Shown one piece after another: positions 1 through 12,300 of a stretch of DNA of 64,000 nucleotides; positions within the stretch are counted from its first letter, which is position 1; the number at the start of each line of letters is the position of its first letter. A model generated the notes under the pieces. That model was given only the letters and a program-made list of their open reading frames with translations, was not told the DNA's origin and searched no databases. A program made the translations under genes and the position numbers. Source of the stretch: Auanema rhodensis (lineage: Eukaryota > Animalia > Nematoda); the NCBI GenBank assembly GCA_964057225.1, contig OZ059900.1:2418001-2482000 (forward strand), read 5' to 3'.

Positions 1-348
1 TCACTGAATTTCACTCAAATAGCATTACTACACTAAGTATGGTCGTTTTTATGCCTTTAACACCATATACTCACCGATTTTTGGTACAAAATCTGTAATA
101 CTTGTAAATTTTGATCATATTTGTTAAGATTCGAGAATCAAACACACAATAAACAAAATCAGTCTATTTTTATGAGTTTGCACTGATATATATTCATTTT
201 AAACAAAAAAGGTCGAAAATAGAAAGAATTTTTGAAATTTCCGAGTTTTGAGTCTAATTTGGCTAAATCGCTCATATATAAGATCAAAAGCATAGTTTTA
301 CTGTCTATGATAACAAAAGTCTTCAAATTTACACTAATAATGTGTAAA
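1..348 (+). repeat. Representative 348-bp monomer (type with ...gtcttcaaatatacactaataatg..aaatcactga)
   Basis: tcactgaatttcactc at 1 recurs at 349. 95 of 348 bases are G+C by manual count. Confidence 0.97.
27..96. other. Near-invariant ~70-bp core of the monomer (first copy shown; present in every monomer)
   Basis: actacactaagtatggtcg...ggtacaaaatctgt is identical in nearly all copies. I saw only rare exceptions, e.g. ~1478, ~8722, ~9090/9095, ~16041, 43093/53164, ~61859/61864. Confidence 0.85.
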
Positions 349-2129
349 TCACTGAATTTCACTCAAATAGCTTTACTACACTAAGTATGGTCGTTTTTAT
401 GCCTTTAACACCATATACTCACCGATTTTTGGTACAAAATCTGTAATACTCGTAAATTTTGATCATATTCGTTAAGATTTGAGAATCAAACATACAATAC
501 ACAAAATCAGTCTATTTTTACAAGTTTGCACTGATATATATTCATTTTGATCAAAAAAGGTCGAAAATAGAAAGAATTTTTGAATTTTCCGAGTTTTGAG
601 TCCAATTGGGCTAAATCGCTCATATATATGATCAAAAGCATAGTTTTACTGTCTATGATAACAAAAGTCTTCAAATATACACTAATATCGATTAAATCAC
701 TGAATTTCACTCAAATAGCATTACTACACTAAGTATGGTCGTTTTTATGCCTTTAACACCATATACTCACCGATTTTTGGTACAAAATCTGTAATACTCG
801 TGAATTTTGATCATATTCGTTAAGATTTGAAAATCAAACACACAATAAACAAAATCAGTCTATTTTTACAAGTTTGCACTGATATATATTCATTTTGATC
901 AAAAAAGGTCGAAAATAGAAAGAATTTTTGAATTTTCCGAGTTTTGAGTCCAATTGGGCTAAATCGCTCATATATATGATCAAAAGCATAGTTTTACTGT
1001 CTATGATAACAAAAGTCTTCAAATATACACTAATAATGATTAAATCACTGAATTTCACTCAAATAGCATTACTACACTAAGTATGGTCGTTTTTATGCCT
1101 TTAACACCATATACTCACCGATTTTTGGTACAAAATCTGTGATACTCGTAAATTTTGATCATATTCGTTAAGATTTGAGAATCAAACATACAATACACAA
1201 AATCAGTCTATTTTTATGAGCTTGCACTGATATATATTCATTTTGATCAAAAAAGGTCGAAAATAGAAAGAATTTTTGAAATTTCCGAGTTTTGAGTCTA
1301 ATTTGGCTAAATCGCTCATATATATGATCAAAAGCATAGTTTTACTGTCTATGATAACAAAAGTCTTCAAATATACACTAATAATGATTAAATCACTGAT
1401 TTTCAGTCAAATAGCATTACTACACTAAGTATGGTCGTTTTTATGCCTTTAACACCATATACTCACCGATTTTTGGTTCAAAATCTGTAATACTTGTAAA
1501 TTTTGATCATATTTGTTAAGATTCGAGAATCAAACACATAATACACGAAATAAGTCTATTTTTACAAGTTTGCACTGATATTTATTCATTTTGATCAAAA
1601 AAGGTCGAAAATAGAAAGAATTTTTGAAATTTCCGAGTTTTGAGTCCAATTTGGCTAAATCGCTCATATATAAGATCAAAAGCATAGTTTTATTGTCTAT
1701 AACAACAAAAGTCATCAATTAAACGCTAGTGATATTTAAATACTGATTTTCGCTCAAGTAGCATTACTACACTAAGTATGGTCGTTTTTATGCCTTTAAC
1801 ACCATATACTCACCGATTTTTGGTACAAAATCTGTAATACTTGTAAATTTTGATCATATTCGTTAAGATTTGAGAATCGAACATACAATACACAAAATCA
1901 GTCTATTTTTACAAGTTTGCACTGATATTTATTCATTTTGATCAAAAAAGGTCGAAAATAGAAAGAATTTTTGAAATTTCCGAGTTTTGAGTCCAATTTG
2001 GCTAAATCGCTCATATATATGATCAAAAGCATAGTTTTATTGTCTATGACAACAAAAGTCATCAATTAAACGCTAGTGATATTTAAATACTGATTTTCGC
2101 TCAAGTAGCATTACTACACTAAGTATGGT

Positions 2130-5100
2130 CGTTTTTATGCCTTTAACACCATATACTCACCGATTTTTGGTACAAAATCTGTAATACTCGTAAAATTTGA
2201 TCATATTTGTTAAGATTTGAGAATCAAACACACAATACACAAAATCAGTCTATTTTTATGAGTTTACACTGATATATCTTCATTTTCATCAAAAAAGGTC
2301 GAAAATAGAAAGAATTTTTGAATTTTCCGAGTTTTGAGTCGAATTGGGCTAAATCGCTCATATATATGATCAAAAGCATAGTTTTACTGTCTATGATAAG
2401 AAAAGTCTTCAAATATACACTAATAATGATTAAATCACTGAATTTCACTCAAATAGCATTACTACACTAAGTATGGTCGTTTTTATGCCTTTAACACCAT
2501 ATACTCACCGATTTTTGGTACAAAATCTGTAATACTTGTAAATTTTGATCATATTTGTTAAGATTCGAGAATCAAACACATAATACACAAAATAAGTCTA
2601 TTTTTACAAGTTTGCACTGATATTTATTCATTTTGATCAAAAAAGGTCGAAAATAGAAAGAATTTTTGAAATTTCCGAGTTTTGAGTCCAATTTGGCTAA
2701 ATCGCTCATATATATGATCAAAAGCATAGTTTTATTGTCTATAACAACAAAAGTCATCAATTAAACGCTAGTGATGTTTAAATACTGAACTTCGCTCAAA
2801 TAGCATTACTACACTAAGTATGGTCGTTTTTATGCCTTTAACACCATATACTCACCGATTTTTGGTACAAAATCTGTAATACTCGTAAATTTTGATCATA
2901 TTCGTTAAGATTTGAGAATCAAACATACAATAAACAAAATCAGTCTATTTTTATGAGCTTGCACTGATATATATTCATTTTGATCAAAAAAGGTCGAAAA
3001 TAGAAAGAATTTTTGAAATTTCCGAGTTTTGAGTCTAATTTGGCTAAATCGCTCATATATATGATCAAAAGCATAGTTTTATTGTCTATAACAACAAAAG
3101 TCATCAATTAAACGCTAGTGATGTTTAAATACTGAATTTCGCTCAAGTAGCATTACTACACTAAGTATGGTCGTTTTTATGCCTTTAACACCATATACTC
3201 ACCGATTTTTGGTACAAAATCTGTAATACTCGTAAAATTTGATCATATTTGTTAAGATTTGAGAATCAAACACACAATACACAAAATCAGTCTATTTTTA
3301 TGAGTTTACACTGATATATATTCATTTTTATCAAAAAAGGTCGAAAATAGAAAGAATTTTTGAATTTTCCGAGTTTTGAGTCGAATTGGGCTAAATCGCT
3401 CATATATATGATCAAAAGCATAGTTTTACTGTCTATGATAACAAAAGTCTTCAAATATACACTAATAATGATTAAATCACTGAATTTCACTCAAATAGCA
3501 TTACTACACTAAGTATGGTCGTTTTTATGCCTTTAACACCATATACTCACCGATTTTTGGTACAAAATCTGTAATACTTGTAAATTTTGATCATATTTGT
3601 TAAGATTCGAGAATCAAACACATAATACACAAAATAAGTCTATTTTTACAAGTTTGCACTGATATTTATTCATTTTGATCAAAAAAGGTCGAAAATAGAA
3701 AGAATTTTTGAAATTTCCGAGTTTTGAGTCCAATTTGGCTAAATCGCTCATATATATGATCAAAAGCATAGTTTTATTGTCTATAACAACAAAAGTCATC
3801 AATTAAACGCTAGTGATGTTTAAATACTGAATTTCGCTCAAATAGCATTACTACACTAAGTATGGTCGTTTTTATGCCTTTAACACCATATACTCACCGA
3901 TTTTTGGTACAAAATCTGTAATACTCGTAAATTTTGATCATATTCGTTAAGATTTGAGAATCAAACATACAATACACAAAATCAGTCTATTTTTATGAGC
4001 TTGCACTGATATATATTCATTTTGATCAAAAAAGGTCGAAAATAGAAAGAATTTTTGAAATTTCCGAGTTTTGAGTCTAATTTGGCTAAATCGCTCATAT
4101 ATATGATCAAAAGCATAGTTTTATTGTCTATGACAACAAAAGTCATCAATTAAACGCTAGTGATGTTTAAATACTGAATTTCGCTCAAATAGCATTACTA
4201 CACTAAGTATGGTCGTTTTTATGCCTTTAACACCATATACTCACCGATTTTTGGTACAAAATCTGTAATACTCGTAAATTTTGATCATATTCGGTGAGAT
4301 TCGAGAATCAAACACACAATACACGAAATAAGTTTATTTTGACGAGTTTGCACTGGTATTTATTCATTTTGATCAAAAAAGGTCGAAAATAGAAAGAATT
4401 TTTGAATTTTCCGAGTTTTGAGTCCAATTTGGCTAAATCGCTCATATATATGATCAAAAGCATAGTTTTACTGTCTATGATAACAAAAGTCTTCAAATAT
4501 ACACTAATAATGATTGAATCACTGAATTTCACTCAAATAGCATTACTACACTAAGTATGGTCGTTTTTATGCCTTTAACACCATATACTCACCGATTTTT
4601 GGTACAAAATCTGTGATACTCGTAAATTTTGATCATATTTGTTAAGATTCGAGAATCAAACACATAATACACAAAATAAGTCTATTTTTACGAGTTTGCA
4701 CTGATATTTATTCATTTTGATCAAAAAAGGTCGAAAATAGAAAGAATTTTTGAAATTTCCGAGTTTTGAGTCCAATTTGGCTAAATCGCTCATATATATG
4801 ATCAAAAGCATAGTTTTATTGTCTATAACAACAAAAGTCATCAATTAAACGCTAGTGATGTTTAAATACTGAATTTCGCTCAAATAGCATTACTACACTA
4901 AGTATGGTCGTTTTTATGCCTTTAACACCATATACTCACCGATTTTTGGTACAAAATCTGTAATACTCGTAAATTTTGATCATATTCGTTAAGATTTGAG
5001 AATCAAACATACAATACACAAAATCAGTCTATTTTTATGAGCTTGCACTGATATATATTCATTTTGATCAAAAAAGGTCGAAAATAGAAAGAATTTTTGA

Positions 5101-5620
5101 AATTTCCGAGTTTTGAGTCTAATTTGGCTAAATCGCTCATATATATGATCAAAAGCATAGTTTTATTGTCTATGACAACAAAAGTCATCAATTAAACGCT
5201 AGTGATGTTTAAATACTGAATTTCGCTCGAATAGCATTACTACACTAAGTATGGTCGTTTTTATGCCTTTAACACCATATACTCACCGATTTTTGGTACA
5301 AAATCTGTAATACTCGTAAATTTTGATCATATTCGGTGAGATTCGAGAATCAAACACACAATACACGAAATAAGTTTATTTTGACGAGTTTGCACTGGTA
5401 TTTATTCATTTTGATCAAAAAAGGTCGAAAATAGAAAGAATTTTTGAATTTTCCGAGTTTTGAGTCCAATTTGGCTAAATCGCTCATATATATGATCAAA
5501 AGCATAGTTTTACTGTCTATGATAACAAAAGTCTTCAAATATACACTAATAATGATTGAATCACTGAATTTCACTCAAATAGCATTACTACACTAAGTAT
5601 GGTCGTTTTTATGCCTTTAA
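2130..5620 (+). repeat. Local trimeric (1042-bp) higher-order periodicity
   Basis: Matching monomer variants at 2245/3287, 2572/3614/4656 and 4308/5350, all offset by 1042 bp. Boundaries are approximate. Confidence 0.7.
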
Positions 5621-8230
5621 CACCATATACTCACCGATTTTTGGTACAAAATCTGTGATACTCGTAAATTTTGATCATATTTGGTGAGATTCGAGAATCG
5701 AACACACAATACACAAAATAAGTCTATTTTTACGAGTTTGCACTGATATTTATTCATTTTGATCAAAAAAGGTCGAAAATAGAAAGAATTTTTAAAATTT
5801 CCGAGTTTTGAGTCTAATTTGGCTAAATCGCTCATATATATGATCAAAAGCATAGTTTTACTGTCTATGATAACAAAAGTCTTCAAATATACACTAATAA
5901 TGTGTAAATCACTGAATTTCACTCAAATAGCTTTACTACACTAAGTATGGTCGTTTTTATGCCTTTAACACCATATACTCACCGATTTTTGGTACAAAAT
6001 CTGTAATACTCGTAAATTTCGATCATATTCGTTAAGATTCGAGAATCAAACACACAATACACGAAATAAGTTTATTTTTACGAGTTTGCACTGATATTTA
6101 TTCATTTTGATCAAAAAAGGTCGAAAATAGAAAGAATTTTTGAATTTTCCGAGTTTTGAGTCCAATTGGGCTAAATCGCTCATATATATGATCAAAAGCA
6201 TAGTTTCACTGTCTATGATAACAAAAGTCTTCAAATATACACTAGTAATGATTAAATCACTGAATTTCACTCGAATAGCTTTACTACACTAAGTATGGTC
6301 GTTTTTATGCCTTTAACACCATATACTCACCGATTTTTGGTACAAAATCTGTAATACTCGTAAATTTTGATCATATCCGTTAAGATTCGAGAATCAAACA
6401 CACAATACACGAAATAAGTTTATTTTTACGAGTTTGCACTGATATTTATTCATTTTGATCAAAAAAGGTCGAAAATAGAAAGAATTTTTGAAATTTCCGA
6501 GTTTTGAGTCCAATTTGGCTAAATCGCTCATATATATGATCAAAAGCATAGTTTTATTGTCTATAACAACAAAAGTCATCAATTAAACGCTAGTGATGTT
6601 TAAATACTGAATTTCGCTCAAATAGCATTACTACACTAAGTATGGTCGTTTTTATGCCTTTAACACCATATACTCACCGATTTTTGGTACAAAATCTGTA
6701 ATACTCGTAAATTTTGATCATATTCGGTGAGATTCGAGAATCAAACACACAATACACGAAATAAGTTTATTTTGACGAGTTTGCACTGGTATTTATTCAT
6801 TTTGATCAAAAAAGGTCGAAAATAGAAAGAATTTTTGAATTTTCCGAGTTTTGAGTCTAATTTGGCTAAATCGCTCATATATATGATCAAAAGCATAGTT
6901 TTATTGTCTATGACAACAAAAGTCATCAATTAAACGCTAGTGATGTTTAAATACTGAATTTCGCTCGAATAGCATTACTACACTAAGTATGGTCGTTTTT
7001 ATGCCTTTAACACCATATACTCACCGATTTTTGGTACAAAATCTGTAATACTCGTAAATTTTGATCATATTCGGTGAGATTCGAGAATCAAACACACAAT
7101 ACACGAAATAAGTTTATTTTGACGAGTTTGCACTGGTATTTATTCATTTTGATCAAAAAAGGTCGAAAATAGAAAGAATTTTTGAATTTTCCGAGTTTTG
7201 AGTCCAATTTGGCTAAATCGCTCATATATATGATCAAAAGCATAGTTTTACTGTCTATGATAACAAAAGTCTTCAAATATACACTAATAATGATTGAATC
7301 ACTGAATTTCACTCAAATAGCATTACTACACTAAGTATGGTCGTTTTTATGCCTTTAACACCATATACTCACCGATTTTTGGTACAAAATCTGTGATACT
7401 CGTAAATTTTGATCATATTTGGTGAGATTCGAGAATCGAACACACAATACACAAAATAAGTCTATTTTTACGAGTTTGCACTGATATTTATTCATTTTGA
7501 TCAAAAAAGGTCGAAAATAGAAAGAATTTTTAAAATTTCCGAGTTTTGAGTCTAATTTGGCTAAATCGCTCATATATATGATCAAAAGCATAGTTTTACT
7601 GTCTATGATAACAAAAGTCTTCAAATATACACTAATAATGTGTAAATCACTGAATTTCACTCAAATAGCTTTACTACACTAAGTATGGTCGTTTTTATGC
7701 CTTTAACACCATATACTCACCGATTTTTGGTACAAAATCTGTAATACTCGTAAATTTCGATCATATTCGTTAAGATTCGAGAATCAAACACACAATACAC
7801 GAAATAAGTTTATTTTTACGAGTTTGCACTGATATTTATTCATTTTGATCAAAAAAGGTCGAAAATAGAAAGAATTTTTGAATTTTCCGAGTTTTGAGTC
7901 CAATTGGGCTAAATCGCTCATATATATGATCAAAAGCATAGTTTCACTGTCTATGATAACAAAAGTCTTCAAATATACACTAGTAATGATTAAATCACTG
8001 AATTTCACTCGAATAGCTTTACTACACTAAGTATGGTCGTTTTTATGCCTTTAACACCATATACTCACCGATTTTTGGTACAAAATCTGTAATACTCGTA
8101 AATTTTGATCATATCCGTTAAGATTCGAGAATCAAACACACAATACACGAAATAAGTTTATTTTTACGAGTTTGCACTGATATTTATTCATTTTGATCAA
8201 AAAAGGTCGAAAATAGAAAGAATTTTTGAA
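5110..8230 (+). repeat. 5-mer (1738-bp) higher-order duplication
   Basis: Private SNPs are shared at 5794/7532 (tttaaaattt) and 6020/7758 (aatttcgatc). ORF variants match at 5350/7088, 5617/7355 and 6046/7784. Boundaries are approximate. Confidence 0.85.
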
Positions 8231-9356
8231 TTTTCCGAGTTTTGAGTCCAATTGGGCTAAATCGCTCATATATATGATCAAAAGCATAGTTTCACTGTCT
8301 ATGATAACAAAAGTCTTCAAATATACACTAGTAATTATTAAATCACTGAATTTCACTCAAATAGCATTACTACACTAAGTATGGTCGTTTTTATGCCTTT
8401 AACACCATATACTCACCGATTTTTGGTACAAAATCTGTAATACTTGTAAATTTTGATCATATTCGTTAAGATTTGAGAATCAAACACATAATACACGAAA
8501 TAAGTCTTTTTTTACAAGTTTGCACTGATATTTATTCATTTTGATCAAAAAAGGTCGAAAATAGAAAGAATTTTTGAAATTTCCGAGTTTTGAGTCCAAT
8601 TTGGCTAAATCGCTCATATATATGATCAAAAGCATAGTTCTATTGTCTATAACAACAAAAGTCTTTAATTAAACGCTAGTGATGTTTTAATACTGAATTT
8701 TGCTCAAATAGCATTACTACATTAAGTATGGTCGTTTTTATGCCTTTAACACCATATACTCACCGATTTTTGGTACAAAATCTGTAATACTTGTAAATTT
8801 TGATCATATTCGTTAAGATTCGAAAATCAAACACACAATACACGAAATAAGTTTATTTTTACAAGTTTGCACTGATATTTATTCATTTTGATCAAAAAAG
8901 GTCGAAAATAGAAAGAATTTTTGAAATTTCCGAGTTTTGAGTCTAATTTGGCTAAATCGCTCATATATATGATCAGAAGCATAGGTGTATTGTCTATGAC
9001 AACAAAAGTCATTAATTAAACACTAATGATGTTTAAGTCACTAAATTTCGCTCTAATAGCATTACTACACTAAGTATGGTCGTTTTTATACCTTCAACAC
9101 CATATACTCACCGATTTTTGGTACAAAATCTGTGATACTCGTAAATTTTGATCATATTCGTTAAGATTTGAGAATCAAACACACAATACACAATATCAGT
9201 CTATTTTTATGAGCTTGCACTGATATATATTCATTTTGATCAAAAAAGGTCGAAAACAGAAAGAATTTTTGAAATTTCCGAGTTTTGAGTCTAATTTGGC
9301 TAAATCGCTCATTTATATGATCAAAAGCATAGTTTTATTGTCTATGACAACAAAAG

Positions 9357-12300
9357 TCATCAATTAAACGCTAGTGATGTTTAAATACTGATTTTCGCTC
9401 AAATAGCATTACTACACTAAGTATGGTCGTTTTTATGCCTTTAACACCATATACTCACCGATTTTTGGTACAAAATCTGTAATACTTGTAAATTTTGATC
9501 ATATTCGTTAAGATTCGAGAATCAAACACATAATACACGAAATAAGTCTAGTTTTACAAGTTTGCACTGATATTTATTCATTTTGATCAAAAAAGGTCGA
9601 AAATAGAAAGAATTTTTGAAATTTCCGAGTTTTGAGTCCAATTTGGCTAAATCGCTCATATATAAGATCAAAAGCATAGTTTTATTGTCTATAACAACAA
9701 AAGTCATCAATTAAACGCTAGTGATATTTAAATACTGATTTTCGCTCAAGTAGCATTACTACACTAAGTATGGTCGTTTTTATGCCTTTAACACCATATA
9801 CTCACCGATTTTTGGTACAAAATCTGTAATACTTGTAAATTTTGATCATATTTGTTAAGATTTGAGAATCGAACATACAATACACGAAATCAGTCTATTT
9901 TTATGAGCTTGCACTGATATATATTCATTTTCATCAAAAAAGGTCGAAAATAGAAAGAATTTTTGAAATTTCCGAGTTTTGAGTCTAATTTGGCTAAATC
10001 GCTCATATATATGATCAAAAGCATAGTTTTACTGTCTATGATAACAAAAGTCATCAATTAAACGCTAGTGATATTTAAATACTGATTTTCGCTCAAGTAG
10101 CATTACTACACTAAGTATGGTCGTTTTTATGCCTTTAACACCATATACTCACCGATTTTTGGTACAAAATCTGTAATACTTGTAAATTTTGATCATATTT
10201 GTTAAGATTTGAGAATCGAACATACAATACACAAAATCAGTCTATTTTTATGAGCTTGCACTGATATATATTCATTTTCATCAAAAAAGGTCGAAAATAG
10301 AAAGAATTTTTGAAATTTCCGAGTTTTGAGTCCAATTTGGCTAAATCGCTCATATGTAAGATCAAAAGCATAGTTTTATTGTCTATAACAACAAAAGTCA
10401 TCAATTAAACGCTAGTGATGTTTAAATACTGATTTTCGCTCAAATAGCATTACTACACTAAGTATGGTCGTTTTTATGCCTTTAACACCATATACTCACC
10501 GATTTTTGGTACAAAATCTGTAATACTTGTAAATTTTGATCATATTCGTTAAGATTCGAGAATCAAACACATAATACACGAAATAAGTCTAGTTTTACAA
10601 GTTTGCACTGATATTTATTCATTTTGATCAAAAAAGGTCGAAAATAGAAAGAATTTTTGAAATTTCCGAGTTTTGAGTCCAATTTGGCTAAATCGCTCAT
10701 ATATAAGATCAAAAGCATAGTTTTATTGTCTATAACAACAAAAGTCATCAATTAAACGCTAGTGATATTTAAATACTGATTTTCGCTCAAGTAGCATTAC
10801 TACACTAAGTATGGTCGTTTTTATGCCTTTAACACCATATACTCACCGATTTTTGGTACAAAATCTGTAATACTTGTAAATTTTGATCATATTTGTTAAG
10901 ATTTGAGAATCGAACATACAATACACAAAATCAGTCTATTTTTATGAGCTTGCACTGATATATATTCATTTTCATCAAAAAAGGTCGAAAATAGAAAGAA
11001 TTTTTGAAATTTCCGAGTTTTGAGTCTAATTTGGCTAAATCGCTCATATATATGATCAGAAGCATAGTTTTATTGTCTATGACAACAAAAATCATCAATT
11101 AAACGCTAGTGATGTTTAAATACTGATTTTCGCTCAAATAGCATTACTACACTAAGTATGGTCGTTTTTATGCCTTTAACACCATATACTCACCGATTTT
11201 TGGTACAAAATCTGTAATACTTGTAAATTTTGATCATATTCGTTAAGATTCGAGAATCAAACACATAATACACGAAATAAGTCTAGTTTTACAAGTTTGC
11301 ACTGATATTTATTCATTTTGATCAAAAAAGGTCGAAAATAGAAAGAATTTTTGAAATTTCCGAGTTTTGAGTCTAATTTGGCTAAATCGCTCATATATAT
11401 GATCAAAAGCATAGTTTTATTGTCTATGACAACAAAAATCATCAATTAAACGCTAGTGATGTTTAAATACTGATTTTCGCTCAAATAGCATTACTACACT
11501 AAGTATGGTCGTTTTTATGCCTTTAACACCATATACTCACCGATTTTTGGTACAAAATCTGTAATACTCGTAAAACTTGATCATATTTGTTAAGATTTGA
11601 GAATCAAACACACAATACACAAAATCAGTCTATTTTTATGAGTTTACACTGATATATATTCATTTTCATCAAAAAAGGTCGAAAATAGAAAGAATTTTTG
11701 AATTTTCCGAGTTTTGAGTCGAATTGGGCTAAATCGCTGATATATATGATCAAAAGCATAGTTTTACTGTCTATGATAACAAAAGTCTTCAAATATACAC
11801 TAATAATGATTAAATCACTGAATTTCACTCAAATAGCATTACTACACTAAGTATGGTCGTTTTTATGCCTTTAACACCATATACTCACCGATTTTTGGTA
11901 CAAAATCTGTAATACTTGTAAATTTTGATCATATTTGTTAAGATTCGAGAATCAAACACATAATACACAAAATAAGTCTATTTTTACAAGTTTGCACTGA
12001 TATTTATTCATTTTGATCAAAAAAGGTCGAAAATAGAAAGAATTTTTGAAATTTCCGAGTTTTGAGTCCAATTTGGCTAAATCGCTCATATATATGATCA
12101 AAAGCATAGTTTTATTGTCTATAACAACAAAAGTCATCAATTAAACGCTAGTGATGTTTAAATACTGAATTTCGCTCAAATAGCATGACTACACTAAGTA
12201 TGGTCGTTTTTATGCCTTTAACACCATATACTCACCGATTTTTGGTACAAAATCTGTAATACTCGTAAATTTTGATCATATTCGTTAAGATTTGAGAATC

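Noticed and set aside
1-348. CENP-B box or telomeric repeat motifs in the monomer
   Set aside because: I found no convincing match to the TTCG-N4-A-N2-CGGG core or to TTAGGG/TTTAGGG/TTAGG arrays on either strand by eye.
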